DNA of 64,000 bases from the human T2T-CHM13v2.0 reference genome, Homo sapiens, in the NCBI RefSeq assembly GCF_009914755.1, contig NC_060928.1; one strand, given 5' to 3'. The notes beneath the pieces were generated by a model. It was given only the letters and a program-made list of their open reading frames with translations, had not been told where the DNA came from and searched no databases. Positions 13,600-27,903 of the stretch are shown in pieces. Position 1 is the first letter of the stretch. Each line of letters begins with the position of its first letter. Made by a program: the position numbers and the translations under genes.

Positions 13600-14180
13600 A
13601 AGCCCCCACCCCATCAGCAATGAAGAATCAGGCCTTTACCAGCTGCGGGGGCCGCATAACAGTAAAGCAGCATAATTATATCTTAATAATTATTTTGCAG
13701 CATAGGATTTGTAATTACTAAATGTGTGATAACTGCTCCTTAAATGCCCATGCTCTTTAAAAAACCTAATTTATAATTTAAAAAGCTGACACTTCTTGGA
13801 GCGCTTTATTTTATCTTGTCGGGAGTAATGGAAGAGTAAGTTATTGAAAACCTTTATTTTTCATTAGCCTTAAATTCAATGACAATTAATGTGCCCAATT
13901 TGATTATAAACTGCACAAATTAAACAATAAAGAGCTGTCTAATGAGAAATTAATTATGAGGAAGGGAAGGGGAGCGGGGCGGGATAAAAGCAATCACTTA
14001 TGGCCCGTGGCAGCATGTGTCAGGTTTTAAAGGAGATGAAGGGCCCTCTCCTCAATGTGTGTCTTTGCTGATAGGACCCATCACAGATCAGTTGATCCAG
14101 AAACCATAACAGCCTAGTAATTGAAACTGCCAAAATCAATAGTGCTGACAGCCTTAATTAAATTAAATATGGCTGTGATG
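13600..14180. promoter_or_regulatory. Candidate remote enhancer (homeodomain-site-dense AT island)
   Basis: Repeat-free, many TAAT/ATTA cores, AACAAT 13923-13928, GTAATTG 14117-14123, TGACAG 14146-14151. Confidence 0.55.
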
Positions 14181-16740
14181 GGCTCCCAGAGCCCGGCGTC
14201 TGCGGGCCACTTGACCCTCCGGCTGAGCGTGCCTGATGGAGTGCAGCCACCGCGTGATGGATCTCACCCCAGGGGACAGTTGGGGACCAGGCTCCTGCAG
14301 ACAGAGGCTCCAAAAGGAGTGAGGCGCTGCCCGCCCCCTGCTGCCTGGCCAGCCCGGTGGCTGAGGAAGACTCGGACATGGAGCCAGGATGCCTTTCCCC
14401 TCAAAGTGTTGGCTCTGTTTTGTCGGGAGTCAGGAAGTCTGTGTCCTGTGGCACCTAATTTAGGAGTGCAGAGGAGCCCCATGCATTAGAGAAGGGGGAG
14501 CATGAAAGGAAAAGACAACGCACCAGTGAATCACTCCTTGACAAATGTGACTGTTTACCACACCCTTGGATGAGAGGCATTCGTTTTTCACGACAGCCCT
14601 GGCAGGAGAAACTAGTCAGATAGGCCAGCCTCATTTTCCTCTTCTGTAGAATGGGTACATGTGCTGAGAGAGTTGCAGGAGTTGGATACATAAAATGCAC
14701 AGCCTGGGATGCAGAGCCCTGCATGGGGTAAACAGCTGATGAATGGATAAAGGAGCGAATGAACATGTCGCTGCCATTGCCACTGCCATAGACTGTCATC
14801 CCATTTTGCAACAAACAAGCAGGGGCCCAGAGAGGGAATGTGAGTCCTTCAGACTACACACTCAGGACCTCTGACCCAGACCCTGGGTCCTTTCCTCATC
14901 AACATGGTGCCGCCCAAGCACGAAGCATGTTTAGTTTTGGCAGATACTTTTTCCCCATACAGATCCTGCCCTGCGAGAAAAGGTATGGGGATTTTCAACT
15001 CCATTTAACAGATGAGCAAACTAAGCAGCTAGGCAACTTGACCAAGGTCACTCTCTTGGTGAGTGCCAGAGCCAGGGCTACAACCCAGCAACCCGTTAGA
15101 ATGACGCCCAAAACTGAAGCCAAGGACTGACAGAGGGACCCAGACCCTTGGCTGGGAGGCCCAGGGAACAACTTGGCACTATAGAGCTGCTAGAATCTGG
15201 GACCTAATCTCTCCCCAAGAAGCCTGATTTTTTAAAAAGGTCTATTTGCTAAGAAGACAAAGTACAAACCCATTAGCAGCTCTTGAAGTTTTGTTTTTGT
15301 GGTTGTTCCTGTCATTCTTTTTTCTCGCTGCCAAAAAATCATCAGGTTAATTTTTTTAAAACACATGGAAAGATCTAGGACACACCCGTCCCCTCCTGCC
15401 ATTCCTGTGAATTTGGGGATTAATACATGGGGTTGCTTAGATACCTTGGAGCAAGTAACCCCAGCACAAGGTAGTGGAAAGAACTCTGGAGTTTTCACAG
15501 AAAGCCTTCGTTGGATTCAAATCCTGACTCCATTGTTTATTAGCTGTGTGACCCTGGGTGTGTCACTCAACCTCTCTGCTTTCTTTCCCTACATCTGCCC
15601 ATGGGTACAAGACCTCCCTTCCTCTCGGAACTGATGTGTTATTGAAGCAGTGATGCCCAAGAAAGGGCTTTGCAAATGAGAGAATGTGATGTAAATGGCA
15701 TCTCCTCTGTTCATGATCAGGCACTGTTATTCCACTTGCTTTAGCCACAGGTTGAGTGAAGGAAAGAAAATTGCACATGATCATGTTCTGAGATATTGTT
15801 CTTTCCTTACAAAAAAAAGAAATCAATGACTACAAAAAAACTGGCCTCATAAACATTGGTTTTCACCATAGGAAGCTCAACAAATAAATATCTTCACAGT
15901 TTGCTCGGCTGTCGGCAGGCTTGAGCTGACTTCTTAAATGACATGAAATAGGCGGCTCGAGTTCCCCAATGTTTATGTCAGCACTAACAAACTGTCCCTT
16001 CATTACAGGCCTGCCGGAGATCAGAGGCCCAGATTATTGAAGGAGACGCCTATGAGATGCCCAAGCGGTTGCTGTGACAACTCTGCTGGAGGGCGGGAGG
16101 CGGCGAGGGCGGGCAGCTGACTGTTGGCTGTGGACAGGCTCCAGGCGTGCCAGGCCAGAGTGGGGATAATTCCACCCCAGGTTGCTTAGCTGAGGGTTCT
16201 CTGCGCATTAAGCACCTTAACTCGCTGTCCTGCTGCACCCCAGCCACAGAGGCCTTGGTGAAGGTGAAATCTTAGAGAATAGCTGGGAAGCCAAAAGGCC
16301 AAGCAGTTTGATGACTATTTCCTTAAAGCTGATGAAAAAGCAACGTGGATAATATTTCCTAACAATAATGGCCAGCAGTTAGTGTTCACTGCCAGGCCCC
16401 TGCCCAGTACCAAGAGCTCAGGTTTTACATCAGCATGACGTGACCTATGTGGAATCCCTGGCTAGCTCTGTGACCTTGAGCAAAGTCACTCAACCTCTCT
16501 GAATCTCAGGCACTAGTGTTGACCATGGACACAATAACACCTTCCACCTCGTAGGTTTGCTATGCAGCCCTGGGGCACTCCTGTGCAAAGCCCCATGCAG
16601 AGCTCAAGCATGGGGTCTCTGGGACCACACTATCAGGGTTCAAACTCCAGCTCTGTCACTCTCTGGCTATATGACCTTGGGCCAGTCACCTAATCTCTTG
16701 AGCCTGGTTTTCTCATCTGCAAAATAGAGATACCAGCACC

Positions 16741-19137
16741 TGATACGATTTGGCTCTGTGTCCCTACCCCAATCTCATGTGGAATTGTAATCCTCAATGT
16801 TGGAGGAAGGGCCCGGTGGGAGGTGACTGAATCATAGGGGCAGACTTCCCCCTTGCTGTTCTTGTCATAATAAGTGAGTTCTCATGAGATCTGCCTGTTT
16901 AAGTGTGTAGCACTTCCCACTTTTCTCTCTCTCTCCTGCTCCACCATGTGAAGATGCACCTGTGTCCTCTTCACCTTCCATCATGATTGTAAGTTTCCTG
17001 AGGCTTCCCCAGCCATGCTTCCTGCACAGCATGTAGAGTTGTGAGTCAATTAAACCTCTTTTCTTCATAAATTACCCAGACTCAGGTAGTTCCTTATAGC
17101 AATATGAGAATGGACTGATACAGAAAATTGGTGCTGGGATTGTATAAAGATACCTGAAAATGTGGAAACAGCTTTGAAACTGGGTAATGGGCAGAGGTTG
17201 GAACAGTGTGGAGGGCTCAGAAGAAGAAGGAAGGTGAGGGAAAGTTTGGAACTTCCTAGAGACTTGTTGAATTGTTGTGACAAGAATGCTGACAGTAATA
17301 TGGAGAGTGAAGTCCAGGCTGAGATGGTCTCAGATAGAGATGAGGAACTGGAGCAAAGGTCACTTTTGTTATGTGTTAGCAAAGAGGAAGGCATTGTGCC
17401 CCTGCCCTAGAGATCTGTGGAACTTTGAACTTCAGAGAGATGACTTGGGGAATATGGCAGAAAAAATTTCTAAGCAGCAAAGTGTTCAAGATATGGCCTG
17501 GTTGCTTCTAACAGTGTATGATCATATGTGTGAGCAAAGAGATCATCTGAAACTGGAAACTATATTTAAAAGGAACACAGAGCATAAAAGTTTAGAAAAT
17601 TTGCAGCCTGACCATGTGGTAGAAAAGAAAAACCCATTTTCTGGGGGGTTTTCAAGTTGGCTACAGAAATTTTCATAACTAAAGAGGAGCTGAATGTTAC
17701 TAGCCAAGACAATGGGGAAAATGCCTCAAAGGCATTTCAGAGACCTTCATGGCAGCCTCTGCCATCACAGGACTGGAGGCCTAGGAGGGAAGAATGGTTT
17801 TTGTGGGCCCAGTCCACAAAAACCTGTGCAACCTCCTCAGGACACTGCTTCCTGTGTCCAGCCACTCCAGCTCCAGCTGCGGCTAAAAGGACCCCAGTTA
17901 TATCTCAGGTGGCTGCTCCAGGGGGTGCAAACTGTAAGAAGCCCTGGTGTTAAGCCTGCAGGTACACAGAGGGCAAGAGTTGAGGCTTGAGAGCCTCCAC
18001 CTAGATTTCAGAGAATGAAAACACCCCGACGTCCAGGCAGACGTCTGCTTCAGGGCAGAGCCCTCGTGGAGAACCTGTACTAGGGCAGTGCAGCGGGAGA
18101 AATGCAGGGTTGGAGCCCCCACACAAAGTCCCCACTGGGGCACTGCCTAGTGCAGCTGTGAGAAGAGGGCCACTGTCCTCCAGACCCCAGAATGATAGGT
18201 CCACTGACAGCTTGCACCGTGTGCCTGGAAAAGCCACAGGCACTCAACACCAGCCCATGAAAGCAGCCTTGGGGGCTGTACCCTGTGGAGCCACAGGGGT
18301 GGAGGTCCCCTAGGCCCTGGGAGCCCACCTCTTGCATCAGTGTGGCCTGGATGTGAAAGAATTGAGTCAAAAAATATTATTTTGGAGGTTTAATATTTAA
18401 TTACTGCCCTGCTGGGAAGTATTTAACATATATTTTTTATTTACTATTTATTTAATATTCAACTACTCCCCTGTATGGGGCCTAAAATCTCTTTGTTTTG
18501 GCGGATTTCTCCCTTTTGGAATGAGTGGATTTACCCAATGCCTGTACCCCATTATACAAATATCTTGGAGGTAACTAACTTGTTTTTGACTTTACAGACT
18601 TATAGGCAGAAGAGACTTGCTTTGTCCCAGATGAGACTTGGGACTTGGACTTTTGAGTTAATGCTGGAATGAGTTAAGACTTTGGGGGACTGTTGGGAAG
18701 GCATGATTGTGTTTTGAAATGGAGAAGAACGTTAGATTTGGGAGGGGCAAGGATCAGAATGATATAGTTTGGCTTTGTGTCCTCACCCAAATCTCATGTC
18801 GAATTATAATCCTCAGCATTGGAGGAGGGGCCTGGTGGAGGTGATTGGGTCATGGAGGTAGACTTCCCCCTTGCTGTTCTTGTGATCATGGGTTTTTGTG
18901 ACATCTCGTTGTTTAAAAGTGTAGAGCACCTGCCCCTTTGCTCTGTCTCTCCTGCTCCACCATGGGAAGATGTGCCTGCTTCCCCTTTGCCTTCTTCCAT
19001 AATTTTAAGTTCCTGAGGTCTCCTCAGCCATGCTTCATGTACAACCTTCAGAACTATGAGTCAATTAGACCTCTTTTCTTTATAAATTACCCAGTCTCAG
19101 GTAGTTCTTTATAGCAATGCGAGAATGGACTAATACG
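16741..19137 (+). mobile_element. LTR-internal-LTR MaLR element (MSTA-like): 5' LTR 16741-17122, internal 17123-18759, 3' LTR 18760-19137
   Basis: Two related ~380-bp direct repeats flank a MaLR internal region (GTAATGGGCAGAGGTTGGAACAG and similar); inserted in a MIR. Confidence 0.88.
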
Positions 19138-19874
19138 GAAAATACACTCAACTCAAATGAATATGTAAAGTACTGGTGTAGTTAATAAATATTTACTATG
19201 ATTTGATATTCTCAGAACTATTAGACAAGGAGGGTTCTGATGCTCACAATCTATGCATGAAGACTCTGAGGCTCCAGGAGGTTGGGTGCCCCCTCCAGGG
19301 CCCACACCTCCTGACTGAAATCTCATCACTGGAATTTACATCCCAGCCAGCCTGAGACCAAAACCTGTGTGCTTTCCACTGTGAGCCACAGTGACTGCGA
19401 TGGGGAGTAATACATCACACACATGTGTACATGCACATACACACTCTGCCATATATCATGAATTACTGGTGAAATTATGAGTCCACTGGGCACAAATTAC
19501 AACAGGGATAGATAAAACACCTTCTTCAAAACAGAGCCTTCCACTGGAGAACTGAGCTGGCTGACCCTGTCAGAGCTGGTTCCAGGCTGCTCTGGCCCTG
19601 TGGCTTTTCCAGATTTGCAGGATGATAGGGGAAGATGTAGTTCACTCCCCTAGTCCAGTGCTGTGTGAATTGCAGTAAGGGAATGCAGAGGGGCAGGTTA
19701 ACTCAATCAGGTGGAGGGCTATTAACTGAGGTGGGCTTACTGAGGTCATCTGAAAATATCTCGACTCATTCACTCATTCATTCATTCATTCTCACATTGT
19801 TACTGGGTTCCTGCTCCTTGTAGTGTTGCACCAGGACTGGGGAGACAGGCATGTAAAACATGGTTCCTTCCCTC

Positions 19875-20641
19875 CAGATCAAAACCACAATGAAATATCA
19901 AGTCACACCCATTAGGATGGCCACTATCAAGACAACAGAAAATAACTGATGGGGTTGGTGAGGATGTGGATAAATTGGAGCCCTTATGTACCTTGTGCAC
20001 TGCTGCTAGGAATGTAAAATGGTGCAGTCACCGTGGAAAACAGTGTGGCAGTTCCTCAAAAAGTTAAACATTAAAAAAAGTCAAACAGAAATCCAGAAAT
20101 CCCACGTCTGGATATACCCAAAGAATTTAAAGCAGGGATTCAAACAGATATCTATACACTCGTGTTCATAGTAACATTATTCACAATAGCCAAAGGGTGA
20201 AAACAACCTAAGTGATCACTGACAGATGAATAAATACAATATAGTACACACACACACACACGTGAATATTATGCAGCCCTAGAAAGGAAATTCTGACACA
20301 CATTACAACATGGGTGAGCCTTGAGGACATTATGTTAAGTGAAATAAACCAGACACAAAAGCACAAATTTGTGTAATTCCACTTATATGAGGTCCCTAGA
20401 GTACTCAAATTCATAGACAGAGAATGTGTAAGGGCAGTTGCCAGGTGCTGGGGTGCAGGCAGAGAAGAGGAGTTATTGTTTAATGGGGACAGTTTCAGTT
20501 GGCAAAGATGAGAAAGTCCTAGAGATGGATGGTAATGACTGTTGTACAATAATATGAATGTACTTAGTGCCACTGAATCATACACATAACAATGGTTAAA
20601 ATGGTAAATTTTATGTATGTATATTTCACCACAATAAAAAA
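19875..20641 (+). mobile_element. Old L1 (L1MB-like) 3' fragment
   Basis: ATCAAAACCACAATG, GGAATGTAAAATGGTGCAG, 3'UTR ending CACAATAAAAA. Confidence 0.8.
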
Positions 20642-20794
20642 TGTCTGGACAGGAAATAAAATATACAGTGAATAGAAGGGCCAATTCTAAATATCAGGGA
20701 CAGGACAGAGATCAACTAAGCAACCCATTGGAATTTATTTCATGCCTCTTGTGTGGGAAAGCAAGCAGGCTAGCTGGGACCATGAGTGAGGTGA

Positions 20795-21160
20795 TGTATT
20801 AGTCTGTTCTCACACTGCTAATAAAGACATATCCAAGACAGGGTAATTTATAAAGGAAGGAGGTTTAATTGACTCACAGTTCCACATGGCTAGGAAGGTC
20901 TCACAATCATGGCAGAAGGTGAATGAGGAGCAAAGTCACATCTTACATGGTGGCAGGCAAGAGACAGTGTGTGCAGGGGAACTCCCCTTTATAAAACCAT
21001 CAGATCCTATGAGATTTATTCACTATCATGAGAACGGCACAGGAAACACCTGCCCCCATGATTCAATCACCTCCCACTAGGTCCCTCCCACAACACGTGG
21101 GAATTACGGGAGCTACAATTCAAGATGAGATTTGGGTGGGGACACAGCCAAACCATATCA
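20795..21160 (-). mobile_element. THE1 solo LTR
   Basis: TGTATTAGTCTGTTCTCACACTGCT ... GGGGACACAGCCAAACCATATCA. Confidence 0.88.
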
Positions 21161-21464
21161 AGTGGGATACTACCTAGGAATAGGAAAGGAGCTCCATGCC
21201 CGCACTGCTTGGGACTTGATGAAATGCGGTTGCTGATTCAGTAAGGGGCCCTGGGTCTCTGCATGTCAGCCGGTTCCAGGTGATGCTGCAATGCTGCTGC
21301 AGCATGGGGCACACTGGGCATGGCCAGTGCAACTCACTCAGAGGGGCCATGTGAGGGAGGCAGCAGGACAGCAGCTTGGTGTGAGACGCCCAACATTTGA
21401 ATCCCTGCCTTGTTGTTTGTGCTGTTAGTTAGAGTTCTGCAGAGAAGCAGAACCAATGGGAGAT

Positions 21465-21850
21465 GATGTCTCTCTGTCTGTCTTGTCTGTCTCTCTCTCT
21501 CTTCTCTCTCTCTTTCTGTCTCTATCCATCCACTCATCTACTCACCCACCTATCCATTTGTCCACCAACCCACCCATCTATCAATCCACTCACTCACCCT
21601 TCATCTATGTATGTATGTATGTATTTATCTATCTACCAATTCATCTATTTATCCATCCATCCATCCATCTTTACCTGTCTTTGTATCTATCTATTCATCC
21701 ATCATACCTATATTTATCACTCTCTCATCTTTTAATCTACCCATCCGTCTATCCAACCATATCTATATTTATATGCCTCTCTCATCTATCTATCTATCTA
21801 TCCATCTATCCATCTATCCATCTATCTACTTATCAAAACATTTATCTGCA
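21465..21850. repeat. Compound (TC)n/(ATCC)n/(TCTA)n simple repeat
   Basis: Direct reading. Confidence 0.85.
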
Positions 21851-21867
21851 AGCTGGAAAGACGAGAG

Positions 21868-22164
21868 TTTTTTTTTTTTTTTTGAGACGGAGTCTCGCTC
21901 TATCGCCCAGGCTGGAGTGCAGTAGCGCTATCTCGGCTCACTGCAAACTCTGCCTCCTAGGTTCATGCCATTCTCCTGCCTCAGCCTCCTGAGTAGCTGG
22001 GACTACAGGCGCCCACCACTGCGCCTGGATAATTTTTTGTGTTTTTAGTAGAGGAGAGGTTTCACCATGTTAGCCAGGATGGTCTCGATCTCCTGACCTC
22101 GTAATCTGCCTGCCTCGGCCTCCCAAAGTGCTGTGATTACAGGCGTGAGCCACCACGCCTGGGC
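21868..22164 (-). mobile_element. AluY
   Basis: Poly-T then GAGACGGAGTCTCGCTC, with AluY-type CATGCCATTCTC and GCCAGGATGGTCTCGATC. Confidence 0.92.
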
Positions 22165-23312
22165 AAGACAGAGAGATTTTAAGGAATTGGCTCATGCAAT
22201 GGTAGGAGCTGGTAAATCTGAAATCTTTAAGACAAGCTGGCAAGCTGAAAACTGAGGAAAGAGTTGATGTCATATGGTCTTCAGTAAAAATCTGCAGGCT
22301 GGAAATTCAGGCAGGCTTTCTAGGTTGCAGTCTTGAGGAGAGTTCTTTCCTTGGGAAACCACAGTCTCGAGTCTCAAGGCCTTCAACTGATTGGATGAGG
22401 CTCACCCCCGTTATGGGAGGTCCTCTGCTTTGCTCAAAGTCTGCTAATTATCAAGGTCATTCTCATCTACAAAATACCTTCATAGCAACATCTGGACCAG
22501 TGTCTGTCCAAATAAGTGGGCACCGTAGCCTAGAAAAGTTGACTCCTAAAATTAACCATTGCCTGGCTTACTGGCTGTATGAGCTTGGCCAGCCACTGAG
22601 CTTCTCTGGGCCTCAGCACCTGCCTCTATAAAATGGGGATAACCAAGCCAATGGCATGCAAGGGTTAGCAGGTTTCAAACCAAAAGTGAATTTGCAGTGC
22701 TGAGCACAGTACTTGGCACACAGGAGGTAAGAAAGACACATTCAGGCTCCCAGCCAGGTGTTATGAAGGGCCATGTGTCACAAGTGGTCACATGTCCCCT
22801 GTGCTCAAGGACCCTAAGACAATCTGTGAGAATCAGGCCCAGGCTGACAAAGGCAGGGGGTCTTCCCTGGAGCAAGGGCAGAGGGCCTCATCATCTTTCA
22901 GAGACAGATCCTCCGCAGGAAGAAAAAAAAAAAAACAATCCCAGACATCAGAAAAAGGAGCTGCCTCTGGCCTGACCACATTTCTTCACCTTAATTGCTG
23001 CTGAGGAATAAATCTGTAGGGTGTCAGAGGGCAGCAGACACATCAGGGAGGATGAGGCCAACGTCTTCGAATTCAGCCAGCCCTTCAGAGATCAAAATCT
23101 AATGCCCTCTCTGCATTGCTCTGCAAGGGAATCTGCCTGTGTTTCCTGAGAAAGCCGTGTTTGTTTATAGATTTGCAATCGAGGTCCAAGGCTCTTTGCC
23201 TGGCCTGACAGGTCCCCCATAACCTAGCCCCTGCCTACCCCTCCAGCCCATCTCCAACCAGCACCTCTCCTTGTCTTAGAAGGAAGTCTCAGTCACACTG
23301 AGCCATTCCACT

Positions 23313-23735
23313 TATACTGGGTTCCGTAGTGTCTCTCCAAACTTCATGTCTTCCCGGAACCTGTGAATGTGACCTTATTTGGAAATAGGGCCTTTGTAGA
23401 TGTGATTAAGATGAGGTCACACTGGATTGGAGTGGACCATAATTCCATGTAACTGGTGTTCTCATAAGAAGAGAAGAGATGCAGCCATGGGAAGAGGGCC
23501 ATGTGACGATGCGGGCAGAGACTGGAGGGACACATCTGTAAGCACCACCTGTGTTGTTGCCAACCACCAGAAGCTGGAAGAGACAAGGAAGACTCCTCCC
23601 CTAGAGCCTTCCTAGGGAGCACAGCCCTGCTGACACCTTGATTTGAGGCATCTGGCCTCTCAAACTATGAAGGGGAACATTTCTGTTGTCCCAAGTCACC
23701 CAGTGTGTGGTTATTAACTACAGCAGCCACAGGAA
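23313..23735 (+). mobile_element. MLT1C-like LTR
   Basis: GAATGTGACCTTATTTGGAAATAGGG, CACCAGAAGCTGG, GCTGACACCTTGATTT. Confidence 0.75.
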
Positions 23736-24349
23736 ATGTGTACACCATTCATCATGGGCCAGCAGAGCTCCCCGCCCTGCCTGCTGCAGCCTGGCTAGCC
23801 CCTTCCAATCCTCAGGAGAGACATCACCCTCCGGGAAGACCCCTGTGGGCCTCCAGCCCCAAGCACTTCTCTTTGTCTCAATGCTGATGACAACCCTGTC
23901 ATTGCCTGTACCCCTCTGCCTCCCCGCCGGATTATAAGGGTCTCCAGAATGAAGTTCCCACTGCACTCATCCTGGGTGCTCAGCACTGCCTGGCACGTAG
24001 TAGTGGTCACCTAAATGTTTGTTCTCCCCCACCATGACCTAGAGTCTAGAGGGCAGACCTCTGCACAGCACCTTTCTAGGGCCTGGGCTCAGTTTTGAGG
24101 CCATGACAAAAATGTTTATTTCTGGCATCGGTGGCCTGGAGGTGTAAACACATACCTGGTTGAGACACAGCCATTCCTATCTTGGACTTCAAAATAAACT
24201 CATCTCCGTAATTGACAGTCCCTGCACATTATAGGCCCTTATTAAGCCTGGCAAGACCTCTTAAGGGCAGGGAAGGTCACCCCAGGGCATGAAGAGGAGG
24301 CTCCCCACTTCCTAGGCAGAGTCCCATCCCCTAAGAAGGAATTCAGCTC

Positions 24350-24575
24350 CCCCTGCTTCTCCCTCTCCTCCTCCTCCTCTGCCTTCTCTCTTTTCCCTCT
24401 CCTCTATCCTCCTCCCCTTCCCTCCTCATTCTCTTTCTCTCCTTATTCTTCTCCTTCTCCCTTTCCTTCTTTCTTCTCTTCTCCTCTTTCTTCTTTTCCT
24501 CCTCTACTTACTCCTCCTTTCCTCCTCTCCCCCTCCTCTCTCCTCTCCTTCCTTTTCTCCCTCCTCCAGCCTCTC
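24350..24575. repeat. CT-rich polypyrimidine low-complexity tract
   Basis: Direct reading. Confidence 0.85.
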
Positions 24576-26253
24576 CTGGCTTACAGGGGACCACCATTAT
24601 CTATTTACTCCCCGGGAGCTGTGCAGGCATCCCCTGCACAACCAAATCAGCCCATTGCACAGCCCTGTCAATCCTTCTGTCCCAACCTCTTTCGGAGCTT
24701 CCTCCCCTCTCCATCCCCACAGCCCTCCCTGTATCACGAAACAGGTTCTCACCTGCTCCTGCTGCTTTCTCACTCCTGATCCAGCCTCTTCATTGAGCCA
24801 CAGGTGTCTCTGTCTAAGAAAACCTCATACCTCCCCACTACATGATCCCTTCAATGGCTCCCCACTGCCTTTGGGTTAAAGATCTGAGTGTTCACCCTCA
24901 CCTACAAGCACTTTGGGAAGTGGTTCCTGCCCCTATCTACACTCATCCCTCAAATCCCCAGCCATCTCCAGGTGCCACCCTCATGTCCTCCTTCCTCTCC
25001 ATCCAGAATTAGTTATGCTGCACAAAGTGCAGGTCTAAACCCCAGGCCTTTAACAGTGCTGTTCCCTCTTCCCTGCATTTTCCCTGTTGATTAAACCCCT
25101 GCTTAGCTTTCCAGACCTGGATCAGATGTCTGCCCTTTCCTGAGTCCCTCTTACCCCAGAATTATGCATCCATCCTTGGCATTCCCAGCTCCCTTCGTGG
25201 AAGGAGGATGAGGGGTGCAGATCTTGTGGGCCAGCCCCTACAGCTCATTCTACCTTCCAGTCGGACTGCATCTTCCTGGTGTGACAGGGAGAACTTGTGG
25301 TGTGCTGACAATGAGGAGTGGCTGACTCCAAGACCCCTGGCCTGTCCTGGCTCATCAAGGCCTTTCCTCATCCTCAAGGGGAATGGGAAAATAGCTGGTT
25401 TATCCTTGCATCATCAGAAATTAGGCTAAGCCTGGAACAAAGTGTGTGAGTAAATATTAATTGGATAACTGAGAAAAATAATCAGGAAGATAAAGAACAG
25501 ACAAAAGATGAAAGAGAGTCAGCAGGGAGGATGGAGAAAAGAAAATTGAGGATGAAGCTATACTCAAAGCTCAAAGCATGCTCCTAAAGGACCCATGAAG
25601 ATACCCATTTTAGAGATGCGGAAACTGAGGCCCAGAGAAGTCCCGGTAAATAGCCCCAAAATAGCACATCTGTTTGAATCTGAAACCCAAACCCATGTCT
25701 GTCTAATTCTTTCAGTTATTCGAGGTCATTGTCATGAACCTCTGCCAAGCCAGGTGCCTCTTCTCTCATTCCTGTGCAATTGAGTTTTCCAATGCTGCTT
25801 CTAATTTGCAAATACAGTTTTTATTCCTCATTATAAAAGTTGTATGTGCTCATTTTAGAGAACCAGGAAACTAGAGAAAAGTATTTAAAGCAGCAAATAT
25901 AATTTCTATTATTCCCATCACTCTAGGACAATCCCTGTTAAAATTTTAATAGTTTCTAGCCTTTTCTATGTGTTTATATTTGCTATATACATGTTTAGAT
26001 TAGATTTCTAATGCCATTTAAAATTATGCTTTTTTCACTTAAGACCACATCCTCAGCATTTCTCTACATCACTAGAAACTCTAACGCTTTTTAACTTTTT
26101 TATTGAGGACTTACTAAGTGTCAAGTCCTGTTCTAAATGCAGGCTTATGTTCACATTTGCTATACAAGTGCACTATCACTTACTTGGCTTAGCCTCTATG
26201 GTTAGGCATTTGAGTGGCTTTGATTTTTTACTCTAGCAGTAATTCCATAATAA

Positions 26254-26576
<323 letters not shown>

Positions 26577-26606
26577 TAAGCAATTAAGTTTTAAAAGTTT
26601 AAATAT

Positions 26607-27254
<648 letters not shown>

Positions 27255-27903
27255 TCATGACTTTGGTTATGGTGAAGGTTTCATGGGTGTTTACATTTGT
27301 CAAAACATATCAAATTGTACACTTTAAACACAGATATTTTAGTGTTTTCTATCATATCTCAATGAAGCTGTTTTTAAAGTTAATATCGGTGCTTAGACTG
27401 AACTACACCATATTTTATCCTGATAAGCCTCTCCTACCCATTGGAATCTGTGGGGATCTCTGTCGGATTTCACACAAGCTCCTCCTCGTCTGCATCAGTG
27501 TTTGCAGGCGGGCTCATGCCTTCGGCCACAGTACACAAGACTGGGCTGCCCACAGGCTCTGCCACTCCCCAGCTCGGTGCCCTTAGGCAATTCCTGCCTG
27601 CCTCTGAGCCTCAATTTCCTCATCTGTAAAATGGGGGCAATAACGTTTTCCTCTTGGGTCGCTAGGAGCTGAGACCTGTTAGTCACTTTGGCAGAGAGCT
27701 TGGTGTATGAGAAGTGCTTGAAACTGTCTGCTTTTAGAGTATTAATCATGAGGAAATTATGAGGCCCTGTCAAATGCCAAATTAAATACAAGCTGACTAA
27801 GCCTTCCACCTTCCCTGAATTGACTGTCAGTTTCCTTAGTGAAAACTTAGACCTGTGTTTTCAAAGCGCAGCCATTGCATCGGAATCACTCAGGAGGCTT
27901 GTT

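Larger units (their letters stand above)
21423..22561 (-). mobile_element. MLT2 (ERVL) LTR interrupted by a simple repeat and an AluY
   Basis: CAGAGAAGCAGAACCAAT, AAGGAATTGGCTCATG, CTTCAACTGATTGGATGAGGC, AAAATTAACCAT. Confidence 0.75.

Noticed and set aside
17065-18370. Cluster of ORFs suggesting a gene
   Set aside because: Fragments of the degenerate MaLR internal region.
21456-21992. 178-aa ORF and repeat-array appearance
   Set aside because: ATCC/TCTA microsatellite; not coding and not CRISPR-like (no repeat-spacer structure, eukaryotic DNA).
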